Source: Dictyostelium discoideum (lineage: Eukaryota). From it: DNA of 64,000 nt. The position numbers were made by a program, and so were the translations under genes. The notes under the pieces were generated by a model. The model was not told the origin of the DNA and searched no databases. It saw only the letters and a list, made by a program, of their open reading frames with translations. This document shows positions 23,306 to 36,143 of the stretch, piece by piece. The stretch is taken from NCBI GenBank assembly GCA_000004695.1, contig CM000150.2:4224001-4288000 (forward strand), read 5' to 3'. The first letter of the stretch is position 1. The number at the start of each line of letters is the position of its first letter.

Positions 23306-24404
23306 ATGTTAAAAAAAAAACAAAAAATTAATAATGATATTAATAATAGAATATTTTCTAATTATTTAGAATTACAAATTATATTAAAATTAATTGATTA
23401 TTTATTAATAAAAAAGAAAATAATAAATGATAATAATAATAATAATAATTTAAATTATTATTCAATTAAAAAATTATTTTTAAATGAAAATGAAATTTTA
23501 ATTTATTCAAAAGTTTCAAAAAGATGGTATAATACAATATCATTAGTTATTTCAAATAATATTTTAGATAATGAAAATAATTATAATAATTTAAAAAATT
23601 GGTTTAAATTAAATAATGTAGAAATGATTACATTTAAGAGTTTTAAATTAAAAATAAATCAAAATTATTCATTAATTAAAATTGAAAAGAAATTATTAGA
23701 TAATTATTTTTTAAATCAAGTTTTAATAATAAATTATGAAAATAATTATTATAATCACTATGAAAAGAAAAGAATTTTACCAACTATTGAAAAATTATTA
23801 AAATTTAAAAAATTAATATTTAATATTGATTTTAATGAAAATATTCAAAAGTTTATAAAAGAATTTCAAAATGAAGAAAATATAAATAATAATATTGATT
23901 ATGATAAAGTTATATTTAATAATAATAATGAATTTAATTTTAATATATTATTAGATATTGATTCAAATCAATTAAAAGCATTTGATAATTATAATTATGA
24001 TCAAAACGAATTAAATTGGAATAAAATTATAAATGTTAATAAATTAAATATATTGGGTGGTAATAATATTGATAGTTATGATAATAATAATCATAATTGT
24101 TATGATTATGAAGAAAAAATTGATTTAAAATATATAAACCAATACTTTTTACCAAAGTATTTAAAATATGATGCAAATTCAATAAATTATGATGATGAAA
24201 TGGTACATATGAATTATTCACCAATATTTTCATCAAATTTAATTGGTAATCAAATTAAATCAATTAAAATTAAATCAAATGACCATGTTGAACCATTTTA
24301 TTTAAAAAATTTAGGTCAATTATTGAATTTACAAACTTTATCAATACCAATTTCATTTCATGAAATTATTAAATATTTAGAATATAATTTAAATCAAGAT
24401 CAAC

Positions 24405-24487
<83 letters not shown>

Positions 24488-25252
24488 TGTAATGAATATT
24501 ATCCAAAATTTAAAAATTATTTAAATATTTTAAATGATTGGAATGAAATGATTGAATCATTTATAAAATTAATAGAATTAAAAAATTTAAAAAATTTAAC
24601 TTTAATAAATTTTTGTGATAATGGTTTAAATTGTTTTAGTTCATCAAATTTTAATAAACTTGAAAATTTAAATTCATTTCAAATTATTATAAATTCATTA
24701 AATAAATTAATGAAATTTTCAATTAATAATTTAAATTGTTTAAAATTAGTAAATTTTGATTTTATTATTAATTCAAAATTGTTTTTATCAGAATTAGAAA
24801 ATAATGACAATAATTCAAAAAAATTAAAAATTTTAATTTTTAAATTTAAAAATATATTAAAAGATTTTGAAAGTGTTGAAAAATGTAATTTTAATTTAAA
24901 TAATATTAAATCAATGTTTGATTATTTAATTTCTAAAGTTTTTACATCACCAAATTCTACAATAAATCATTTTAAAATATCAATTTATAATGATTTACAA
25001 TTTCAATTAATAAATTATTTTTTTACAACCCTATTAAAATATAAAGATCAACTCAACAATAATTTATATTCAATCTCTGTTTCATTCAATAAAAAAATTC
25101 AGTTTAATCAATTAATTAACTTTATTAATTCATTATCTTTTTCAAAAAAAGTTAAAGAATTTAATTTAAAAAATTTAAATAATATAAAAATTAATCAAAA
25201 AATGACTCTTATTGAAAATGTAAAAATAAATATAAAAAATAAAATAAAGTAA
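23306..25252 (+). CDS. Asn-rich protein with an F-box-like N-terminus and LRR/FNIP-like repeats (hypothetical)
   Basis: This is a single 648-aa ORF starting at an ATG in A-rich context. The F-box-like stretch is ..IFSNYLELQIILKLIDYLL..(poly-N)..LFLNENEILIYSKVSKRWYNTISLV. Leu/Asn-rich repeats such as LKNLKNLTLINFCDNGLNCF and LNLQTLSIPISF follow, with a (AAT)n poly-Asn block at 24411..24486. No catalytic motif was recognised. Confidence 0.5.
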
Positions 25253-25797
25253 ACTAAATTTAAAATTATTTTTCCTTGTGTATTTTTAAATATTATTTCT
25301 ATTTTTTTTATTTTTTTTTTATTTTTTTTTTTAGATATTTGATAGATCCAAATTTCTGAAAAAATAATGTTTATTTTATTTTATTTTTTTTTTTTTTTTA
25401 GATTTTTTAAAATTTGTTGGATTTTATAATAGATTTTATGTGATATAATTTTAGATTTATATCTTAAATAAATTAATCCACAATTACTCTATTTGGTAGG
25501 TCTATTTTTGGTATACAATTATCTTTTGATTATTTGATTTTTAATTGAGAATAATATTGTAATCTAATGTTGCATCTTGAATTTTTTCATCACTGTATAT
25601 TTTGATTAAAAATCCATGTCCATATCTGGTGTAATATCAATAGTTTTTATATGGAAAATGTCTAGGGAAGGTCAAAGTTTATAGTTTATGAAATTTTGAA
25701 TTGAAGGGAGGGATATTATTGTAGACATTAAGTTTTTTTTTGTATGAAAAGCATGCTTAATTTCCGAAGTTCGGATTTTAGAAGTTCCATAAAAAAG

Positions 25798-25869
25798 CTC
25801 CCTGTCCGGGAATTGAACCCGGGCCTTTCGCGTGACAGGCGAAAATCCTCACCACTAGACCAACAAGGA
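25798..25869 (-). tRNA. tRNA-Asp (anticodon GUC)
   Basis: The minus-strand sequence is TCCTTGTTGGTCTAGTGGTGAGGATTTTCGCCTGTCACGCGAAAGGCCCGGGTTCAATTCCCGGACAGGGAG. It folds as a cloverleaf with a 7-bp acceptor stem, anticodon stem TTCGC/GCGAA, loop CTGTCAC (anticodon GTC), T-arm CCGGG/TTCAATT/CCCGG and discriminator G. It is near-identical in layout to animal tRNA-Asp-GTC. The internal A box is TAGTGGTGAG and the B box is GGTTCAATTCC. Confidence 0.95.
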
Positions 25870-26553
25870 TAGTTGATATTTTTTTTTATTAAACAAAATT
25901 TTTATCAAAAATAACAAAAAGGATAATCTGTGAGAGATTGATGGCTAGTTAAGACTTTAATAGGGATTGATAATTTCTATTGTAATAAATTATCCAACAT
26001 GAGAAATGGTGTCTTATCTTATAATCACCAATATTTATGGTACATTCTCGATCATTTTATCAGGGTTATATAGTATCATGAAACACAACCAAATAGTGAA
26101 TTTTAAATAAATCCCTGAATCTGTCAAACATTTAGATAGGTTATGTATTCAATAGATATAAGGTTAGATGATATACCAAAATAATTTAAATGTGTCACAA
26201 TAATGAAATTGTTCCCAATACTAATTCGAAAGAATAGAAATGGTAGAGGGTGGTAGGTTTTGGTGAAAAGCAATTTTTGAAATTTTCAAGAATTTATAAA
26301 CAAATAATATATGAATTCATTATCCACTGTCCAAATTACTTCATTTTAGAAGCTTATTAAAACACTTTTTTACTCGTTAATTCTTCAAATTATTTAAAAA
26401 AATTCCACATTATTTCAAATAGAGAAACACCGTGGGTGTTAATGTTTTTTTTTTACAAATAAAGAAATAAGAATATCCTGATTTTAATTTTGGAAGAGTC
26501 TTAACCAATAATTTGGTAATTGAAGTTCGGATTTTTAAATTTCTCAAAAAAAG

Positions 26554-26625
26554 CTCCCTGTCCGGGAATTGAACCCGGGCCTTTCGCGTGACAGGCGAAA
26601 ATCCTCACCACTAGACCAACAAGGA
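26554..26625 (-). tRNA. tRNA-Asp (anticodon GUC), second identical copy
   Basis: This 72-nt sequence is identical to 25798..25869. About 50 bp of 5' flank and about 45 bp of 3' flank are also conserved between the two copies. Confidence 0.95.
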
Positions 26626-27450
26626 TAGTTGATGTTTTTTTTTTTTTATTCAAAATTTTTATCATAAATAACTTTGTTCTACCCATTTAATAATTAAAAT
26701 ACTTACAAGACCCTTTGTTCTACCCATTTAATTAATTACTAAAATGGGACAAATTTCGAAAGAAATAAAGTCACTAAAAAATATTATTGTTTAAAAATTA
26801 TTTTTTTTAACACAATTAAATAAGCTAGGTTGTTTATTAAAAAAAATTAATAAATCTCTAAAAAAATAAGGCCAATTGGAAATTTGACCATGTATAAAAA
26901 ATATAAAAAAAGAATGTATTTTAAAAAAAGAAAACCAAATAATTTAATCATCCAACTCCAACAAAGTTATTCATCATTAAGATATTATTATAAATAATAA
27001 TGAAAAAAAGCAAAAAAATTAAAGATTATAAATACATTTTTTTTTTATTTTTTTTTTTATTAATAAATAAATAATTATATTCCGGGTATTGAATCTATGT
27101 AATCTCCTATTAAAATGATTTGTATATTTGTTTGTAATAGGGAAAAAAAAGAATTCCAGGAGAGGAAGTTTTCTTTTTTTTTTTTTTTTTTTCTTTTTTT
27201 TTATAAAAGTTATATATGAATTATTATTATTATATTATTATTATTATTATCAATATTTATAATTATTTTATAAATAGAGAATGGATATAAGTTGTAAAGG
27301 AGGGGGATATATATAAAAAACAATCATTTGTTTTTTTGTTTTTTTTTTTTTTTTTTTTTTTAGGTTTGTTGATTATTATATAGAATTATGTAAACTATTT
27401 AAGATATTGAAAAAAAAAAAAAAAAAGTTTTTTAAAATATAATTTTATAA

Positions 27451-28110
27451 TTATTTTTCTTTAACTTTTAATTTTAATTTCTTTTCTAAATTTAATCTAA
27501 TTTGAGAGATTTCTTTTCTTTCATGATCTAAAACCTTTACTTTTTCATTTGTATATTTATCTAATTTTCCAGATTTTTTTAATTCCAATTGTTTTTTCTT
27601 CTTTTTCGATTCTTCTTGTTTCCATTGAGCCACGACTATACCTTCGTTCATAACACCGATTCTAGAGTTTTTAATTGTATCCAACCACATTCTAACCAAC
27701 ATTGGTTGTAATAAACAAACGATATCGATGAGTTCATTACTTTCTTCGGTGGTAACTTCTCTAATGGATTTGACAGCAGATGAAAGAGTATTCCAAATTG
27801 ACCAAGTAACATCACCAATTACCCTTGAATTCAAGGAACCATCGACACCATGTGATGCTTGCCAACCCAGATCCTTCATTCTACCATGTACACCCTTTGA
27901 ATATTTTGAACCTTTAAAATTATCCATAAATTGTTCCCATGTAATCTTATTAATATTCTTTTTTAATACAATCATATCATCGATTGTACTATTATCAATT
28001 TTTCTAACTTCTTTAGTTTCTTCAAAATTAATATTACTATTTTCACCAAAATCATAATCTTCTTTTTCTTGTTTTTCTTCTTCCTCTTCTTCTTTTATTA
28101 AATTATTAAT

Positions 28111-28170
<60 letters not shown>

Positions 28171-28367
28171 ATTAGAATTACTAATATTGCTTGATGTAGA
28201 ATTTACACTATTATTTAAATTATCTTCCCAACCATCTTCGGCTAATTCGAATTGTGTTGTTGTTGATTCGGTATTATCATCGTTTTTATCGTTAATATCT
28301 TCATTATTATTAATATTATTGTTATTGTTATTATTATTATTGTTATTGTTAAAATTATTATCGGTAA

Positions 28368-28445
<78 letters not shown>

Positions 28446-29061
28446 CATCGTAAAAATATTTTTGTTTAATATAATTTAACCATTCAACTTCTAAAGTATT
28501 AATAATTGTAGTAATTATACCCAATCTTTTATTTGGATCTAATGGTGATGTTGAAAGTAAATCGATATCTTGTTGTTCAAATAATTGTTCTTTTAAAATT
28601 AAATTTGCTCTATTGATAAAAATTGGTTTAACTTTTAAATTTGATGCCGCTCTCTTTAAAATATCCAATTCACCAAGTACACGAGCATTCTCTGTTTGAT
28701 TTTGTTTAATTAAAAATTCTTCGGTTGTCGATAAAATCCATTCCCAATCGAGCCATAATTCACTCTCTCTAATTTTATATTCTTCTTCGGATACTTTATT
28801 CTCTTCAATACCTTTTAACCAATTTGTTAATGATGATATTAAACTATTAAATATTTCTGGTGTCCAACTACCATTTGAATTACTTGGCGACGATGATGAA
28901 GATGTTGGTGTATTTGATCCTGATGAACTATTTGATGTTGGCGATGACCCTAATATTGATGTTGAAAATAATGATTGATGTGATGGTGATTTTTTAATTG
29001 GTATTGGTGATGACATTTTTGCTGTTACAAATTCTTTACTTATTTGATTTTGTTGTTCCAT
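27451..29061 (-). CDS. Hypothetical Asn/Ser-rich protein, 536 aa (a conserved-looking C-terminal domain of unknown function)
   Basis: This is a single ORF starting at an ATG (29061). The N-terminus is Ser/Thr-rich, there are two poly-Asn blocks, and the ordered C-terminal region reads ..ITWEQFMDNFKGSKYSKGVHGRMKDLGWQASHGVDGSLNSRVIGDVTWSIWNTLSSAVKSIREVTTEESNELIDIVCLLQPMLVRMWLDTIKNSRIGVMNEGIVVAQWKQEE... No motif was recognised. Confidence 0.6.
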
Positions 29062-30000
29062 TTTTTTTTTTTTTTTTATTTATTAATTTTATTGTTTTGA
29101 AAAAAAAAGTTTTTTTTATTTAAATTTTAATTGTTTAATTTGTTTAATTTTGAATATTTTATATATATATATATATATTTATATAAATATTTAGAATTTT
29201 ATTATTATAAATTTATTTTATTTTATTTTTTTAAATTCGGATTTGAAATTTCTAATTTTAAATAAAAAAAAATAAAAAAAAGTATTTATATAAATATAAA
29301 TTATATAGTGTTAGTTTTTAAAATTTTTATTATTATTTTTTTATGTGAGTTTAAAGAGGGGGAAGAATGTGTGGTATTATTAATTAAAGAAAAGGGATAA
29401 AAATAATTTTAAAATTATTTTTATTTTGTTTTGTAATAAAAAAAAATAAATTAATAAATAAATTATTTAAATAAAAAAAACAATATTAAATAAATACTAA
29501 ACTGGTAACACAATAATGATTTCAAATTAATATCAAATAAAAGTTATTAATGTTTAAATGATAATAACATAATTATAATAATTAAATTAAAATATTTTAA
29601 TTTAGGAGTAGTATATACCAATAAAATGTCTAGACATTAATTTAAAATTTTTTTTATTTTTTTGTTTTTATTTTTTTTATTTTTTTTTTTATTTTTTTTA
29701 TTTTTTTTTTTATTTTTTTAATTTTTATTATTATTTTTATTATTTTGTTTTTTTTTTTTTTTTTTTTTTACATTTTAAAATTTATATACTATGATAGCGT
29801 GTGCTAAAAAATAAAAAAATGGAAAAATTAAAAATTGGTTGGAAGAGTATCGACAGAAATAAAAAAAAAAACAACACAATTCTATTTTTTGATTTTAAGT
29901 GAATAAATTTTTTTTGTGGGATGTGTGTGAATCTTTTGGAAGCATGTGTGTGGATTAATAGAACGAGTGTTATTAAATTTTATAAAATATTTGTATGTAG

Positions 30001-30039
<39 letters not shown>

Positions 30040-30285
30040 TTTTTAAAAAGAGTTTAAATATGGTCGGTCTCTGGTATGTGAATAGTAGAGTTTCGATGAT
30101 ATTTTTAAAATAATATCTATCTTATCTTTGGCTCAAAACTCCAAACAAAAATAATATAATTGTTAACAAATAAAATTATTAATTATAAAAGGTCATTGTT
30201 ATTGAAGCTTATATTTTATGACAACAATAAAAAAATAAAAAAAATAAAAACTAATGAATATTATTATTATTATTGTTATTATTAT

Positions 30286-30344
<59 letters not shown>

Positions 30345-30573
30345 ATAAGCTTTATCTTTTTAAACTATATTCTTTACTATACTAGTAATTATTAATTTAT
30401 ACTTTTTTATTATTTCTTAATTACCTGTTGTGTATTCTTTTAAACGGATAGGGTTTTATTATTAGTAAAAGAAAAAAAAAAAAAAAATTTTAAAAAATTT
30501 ATTAATAAAAAAAATAAAATAAAAAAAAAAAAAAAAAAATTTATACAAGTGTTTAAAATCCTAAATTGGTAAA

Positions 30574-30605
<32 letters not shown>

Positions 30606-30815
30606 AATTAAATTTTAAAAATAGTGGTGTAAACCTAAATTAATTAAAAAAATAATAATAATAATAAATTCAATTTACATTTAAATCTAGGGAATTAAAA
30701 ATACAGAATTGACGGAGTTATTTGGGTAATTGACTATTTTATTATTTTTTATTATTATTATTATTAAAATTTTTAAATAAAAAAAATATGAATAAAAATT
30801 AAAATTATTTTTAAA

Positions 30816-30851
<36 letters not shown>

Positions 30852-31073
30852 TGAGAGAATTTCTTATTTATTATAACAATTAATATCTGTTATGGTATTA
30901 CTACTATTATTGTTTATTTTAAAATTATTACTTTAATTTTTATAATTATTATTTTTATTATTATTATTATTATTATTATAACTTTTTATTTTTTAATTTT
31001 ATAAAAATTTCCCAAAGGATAATTTTTTTTATTTTTTTTGTTTAAAATAAGTTGGGGATAATGAGAATATTTG

Positions 31074-31116
<43 letters not shown>

Positions 31117-31491
31117 GAAAATAATAATTAAAATTTGAATTTGTAGTGAATTAAAAGTAATAAAACCAATGAATAGTCGATAATATTATTATTTTTTTTT
31201 TTTTATTTTTTTATTTTTTTTTTTTTTTATTATTAATATTAATTTTGTACATTTTACAAAATATCCAACAGCGCCAAATTCTCATACATACACCCACCAA
31301 CCGAAACGAATAAAAAAAATAAAAAAAAAAAAAAAAAATACCACACACCCCCATTTTTTTTTCGAATAAATAATGTGTTTGAAACAATTATGTATAAAAA
31401 TTGATTGTTTTTTACCTTATTAATTTATATTAGTAACTTAATTAATATTTTTTTTTTTTTCTTTTTTTTTTTTTTTAATTGATGTGATCAA

Positions 31492-31522
<31 letters not shown>

Positions 31523-31789
31523 AAAAAAAAAAAAAAAAAAATTAAAAAAAAATAAAAATTATCTTAAAAGTTTGATAATTTCGAGAAAAAAAAAAATAAA
31601 TAGATAAAAATTAAAAATAATTAAAAATTTTTTTTTTTTTTCATTTTTTATTTGAATATTCAAATAAATATCCAAGATAACGCAATTTTAAGCATAATAT
31701 TCTTCTCTGGGTTTCCTATTTAATTAATCCAAATTTATTCTAATTTCAAAAACTAGCTGGTAATAATAATAATAAAATAATGAATAATT

Positions 31790-31823
<34 letters not shown>

Positions 31824-32142
31824 TAAAAAATAAAAAAAAAAAAAATAAACATAAAAAACTAACTTTATTATGAATAAAAAAATAAAATTAATAATTAAAG
31901 AAATTTAATAATTTTTTTATAAAAATTAATTTAAAAGGGGTGATCATCACAAATTTTATTTTCTATAAAAATAATAAAAAAAATTATTTTACTTTAAAGA
32001 AATTAAAATTGTGATGGTATTTAAATACCACCCTAAAACGATTTTTTTATTTTTTTTTTATTTTTTTTTTTTCGTGCGGCATTTGGTTTTTTTTGGTCGT
32101 TTTATTTTTATTTTTTCTATTTTTTTTTTTTTTCAGTTTTGG

Positions 32143-32180
<38 letters not shown>

Positions 32181-32211
32181 TAAGAAAAGAGTTAATATAA
32201 TAAGTGTAAAG

Positions 32212-33860
32212 ATGAAATCAATTACATCTTTTTTCCTCATTTTATTTATTTCAATTGTCTCTTCACTAATTGAATCAGAATGTAATTTACTTTTTTCGAA
32301 AAAAAAAATAAAAAAATAAAAAATAAAAAAATAAAAAAATGATATATTAATTTTTTTATTTATTTTTATTTTTAAAAAAAAAAAAAAAAAAAAAAAGATT
32401 CTTGTTTTTATAAATTTGCACGTGATTGTGGTAATTTAGCTACTTTTGGTGATGCTACCAAAGGTTATGATTTTTGTTACCTTCCAACATTAATCAAATG
32501 TAATTCCGATAATGTTACATCCATGCAAGTATTTTTTTTTTTTTTTCCCACCATTTTCACCTTTTACAAAAAAAAAAAAAAAAAAACAAAACAAAACTAA
32601 CAATTTTATAATAAACAAATTTAGAAATTGGCAATTTCAATGTAAAAATTCAAGTTTTATTTTAACACCATCCTATTTAGGTTGCTTTCAACAATTGGGG
32701 TATTTATCAATATCATTATTAAATGTATCATCAGATTTCATATATAATAAAGTTGAAAATGCAAGTGATATAAATTTTGATCAAATTAATATTGAATCAA
32801 TTACAAATTATATTCCATATTATAAAATATTTTCAATAAGTTCAAATAAATTTATTCTTGATGGTGTACAATTAAAATATTTTCAAAATGTTCAACATTT
32901 GTAAGTTTTAATATTTTTTATTTTTTTATTTTTTAATTTTTTATTTATATTTATTAATTTTTTTTTTATTTTTTTTTTTTTATTTTTTTTAATAATTCTA
33001 TTATTAATAATACAGTTATTCACCTACATCTTTAATTAATTTATTAAATGATGGAACAATACCTCAAAATAAAACTCTAATTGATATGTCTATTAAATCA
33101 AATAAAATTCCAGATTTGACTGGTTTTGATTCAATTCAATCTTTGTATGTATTAAATTATAATTATAATAATTTTTATTATTAATTATTAATTTTTATTT
33201 TTTTTAAAAAAAAAAAAAGAAATTTAATTTTACCAAAAACATTTGATAGTTCATCATTTAGTAATTTAAAAAGTTTTTCAAAATTATCATCTTTTAGGTT
33301 GAGACAAGATAGTCCATTATTTTGTTTTGATTTTATTAATGATATTAATCAATTATCAAGTAAATCCTTAATTTCACTCTCAATTATTGGATGTACGAAA
33401 CCATTAACAAGTTTATATTCTTTAAAAAATATTTCAAATAATCCAAGTTTTAATTTTGACATTGATGGTCCATTATACTATTTAAATAATAACAATGAAA
33501 AATTTTTCCCATTCAATGAAATTCAACCAATTCAAATATTGTAAGTGCGTCAAAAAAAAAAAAAAAAAAAAAATAATAATAATTAATATTAATATTAATA
33601 TTTTTACTAGTTCAATGAAAGGTGGAAGTTTTAAAATGGTTAATATTGGTAGTTTATTCCAAAATGTTGCAACAGTGTAAGTTTATTATTATTATTATTA
33701 TTATTATTTTATAGTAATAGTGTGGTGTGTGTTTTAACTTATTTTTTATTTTTTTTATTTTTTAGACTTTTAAGTAGTAATGGTATTGAAGCTATTTTTG
33801 AACCAAGAATTGGAAATTATCCAATTAGTTTAGATATTTCAAATAATTCTGTAAGTTTTA

Positions 33861-33900
<40 letters not shown>

Positions 33901-36120
33901 TCTAATTTTTATTTTAATAATTTAATAATTTAGATAACTGGTAACTTAGATTCAACATGGTGTTCAACATTAATTGTAATTAAAAATAATAATTTTACAG
34001 GTGATATACCATCATGTTTTTATTGTTATTTTGATGATCCATTAATTAAAAATATGATTACACCTGGTAATCAATTTAATCAAGTGAAAACAGAATGTAC
34101 TTCAATTATACCAAATTTAAAAATAGTAAATCATGAAATTGTTATTTATGGTACAGATTTACCATTACTTACGACTCAATTTAAAACAGTACCAAATTTA
34201 TCATGGTATATAAGTTCAAGAGGTAAAGAAATTAAAGTTAATTATGACTCATTACCATCATCACCAACACAACTTAAAACAATTGATTTATTAATTTTTG
34301 AAGGAAAATATAATTTCACACTTGCGTTGGACCAAAATCAAGCACCAATAATTTCAAAAGTAGCATTTGTGTCATCAAATAGTGTTTTAATTAGTGGTAG
34401 TTATTTCAGTTATGATAAATCATTGATTTCATTTGAGGTTGATCATCAACCTTGTATAATTACGTCGAGTACATTCTATGAAATTCAGTGCTCGTTAAGT
34501 GCATCATTTATAAATGTAGCAAGTTTAGTTTTATCAAATTTAAAAATTGGTAATCATTCAAGTGAGGATATTTTAATAGACACTTCAATTTCATTTATTA
34601 ATTTATATTGTAATGAAAATTGTAAAAGTGTTGGATATGGTATTTGTAATATGAAGGATCAAACTTGTGTAGAATGTCCATCAAATTGTTCAAATCAAGG
34701 TACATGTAATATTTTCACAAACAAATGCGAATGTTTTAATGGATTTGCAAATGATGATTGTTCAGGTATTCAATGTAATCCAAGTGCAAATTGTAATGGT
34801 AATGGTATTTGTGATACCAGTATGGGTAAATGTAATTGTGATATTAATTGGGCATCATCAGATTGTAACACTACAAATCATTATGTTAGTAGTGTGATTT
34901 CCACCAGCACATCAGGAGGCGTGGTCACCCTGCTGGGCATGTTTGGTGACACGCATAATAACCCGTTAATTAAAATCGGTGAATTGACCTGTTTACCAAT
35001 TATTAAAATTAATTCAACAATGATTCAATGTGAAATCGGGCCTGGTAAAGGACACAAGGCCGTCCAAGTCACCCAAAACGGCATTACATGGTACGGCAAT
35101 GGATTTAAGTACTATGAAACCGCACTACCATGTCCATCACAATGCTCATCACACGGTCATTGCGATACAACAACTGGTATTTGTAAATGTGATTCTAAAT
35201 GGTCTGGCATCGATTGTGCAATCGAAATTCAAGTTGACTCACCACAATCAAACTCAACCATTGATAAAGGCACTGGTGATTCAACTTTAAATAATGGTGA
35301 AACTAAATATTCGATTTTAATTACATCAATTAATGAAATTGACTTTAATGGTAATTCAATCAAAGAAATTAATTTAAAAAATAATTGGATTTTCATTTCA
35401 AATAAATCAAATGATAATTTTTATTATTTTATACAATATTTAAATAACACAAACAATAATGATAATGATACAACAATAATTATATCAACAATTGAAGAAG
35501 TTAAAGAAAGTAAACAATTTTCATTTGCAGATATTAATTTTAATGTTGAAAGTGGTTCAATTAAATTTACAACTACAATTAAAAATTGGAAATATTCAAG
35601 TGTTTTAAATACATTACAATTAAGAATGAATACAACTGTTGATAAAATTATAAAAAATGATCATGATGATTGTAATGAAGATGTAAATATTTCTATTATT
35701 AATGGCGATGATGACGATATTGATATTGATAAAGTTAGTTATATGACAATTTCAAAGAATGGAAAAGTATTATATGGTAGATTTTTAGAAAAGGCATTAT
35801 CAGATTCAAGACCTTCTTATATTCAAAATAAAATAATTAAAAAAAACGAAAATTCAATATTAATTGGTTTAAATTTACCACATTGTGTCGACTCATGTAT
35901 TGTAGATCCTGATTTTTCAGTTTTAGTAAATCCAGATTTCTCATCAAATTGTAATAGTAGTGATAATAGAAAGAAATGGTTAATACCTGTTGCTGTTGTT
36001 GTACCAATTGTTGGTTTATCAATTGTTGCAATCATATTTTATGTACTTTATAGAAAAAACAGTACACTTATTAAAGTTCATTTATTTTCAAAAGTTAAAT
36101 TAAGAAATATGAACAACTAA
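32212..36120 (+). CDS. Large type I membrane glycoprotein with LRR-like N-terminal region, multiple EGF-like Cys-rich repeats, a TIG/IPT-like segment and a C-terminal TM. Paralog 2 of the gene at 4148..8826.
   Basis: Predicted eight exons: 32212..32281, 32398..32499, 32681..32900, 33016..33144, 33220..33540, 33611..33676, 33766..33850 and 33934..36120 (1059 aa). The signal peptide is MKSITSFFLILFISIVSSLIES. The EGF-like repeats read CNENCKSVGYGICNMKDQTCVECPSNCSNQGTCNIFTNKCECFNGFANDDCSGIQCNPSANCNGNGICDTSMGKCNCDINWASSDCN and ..CPSQCSSHGHCDTTTGICKCDSKWSGIDCA. The C-terminus is ..CIVDPDFSVLVNPDFSSN..WLIPVAVVVPIVGLSIVAIIFYVLYRKN. Donors are GTAATT (twice), GTAAGT (four times) and GTATGT. All phase bookkeeping closes. 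Exon 2 (32398..32499) is the least certain. Confidence 0.65.
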
Positions 36121-36143
36121 TAAACATTTTATTTTTTTTTTTT

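Noticed and set aside
25760-25778. 'gaagttcggatttt' downstream of each tRNA-Asp, as an extra-B box
   Set aside because: It resembles the B box but reads in the opposite orientation to the tRNA, and I cannot verify the Dictyostelium ex-B consensus and spacing from memory. It is left as a remark inside the tRNA finding only.
26501-26686. 61-aa ORF overlapping the second tRNA-Asp gene
   Set aside because: It is a translation straight through a tRNA gene. The conserved sequence is explained by the tRNA.
28112-28453. Poly-Leu and poly-Ile ORFs (28112..28453 on the plus strand, 28242..28448 on the minus strand). The same kind occur at 40834..41079, 41478..41777, 43163..43373, 43717..43905, 51305..51580, 51936..52397, 52481..52726 and 61113..61355.
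   Set aside because: These are antisense or frame-shifted readings of the (AAT)n/(CAA)n/(GAA)n tracts that encode poly-Asn, poly-Gln and poly-Glu in the real genes on the other strand or frame. They are composition artefacts.
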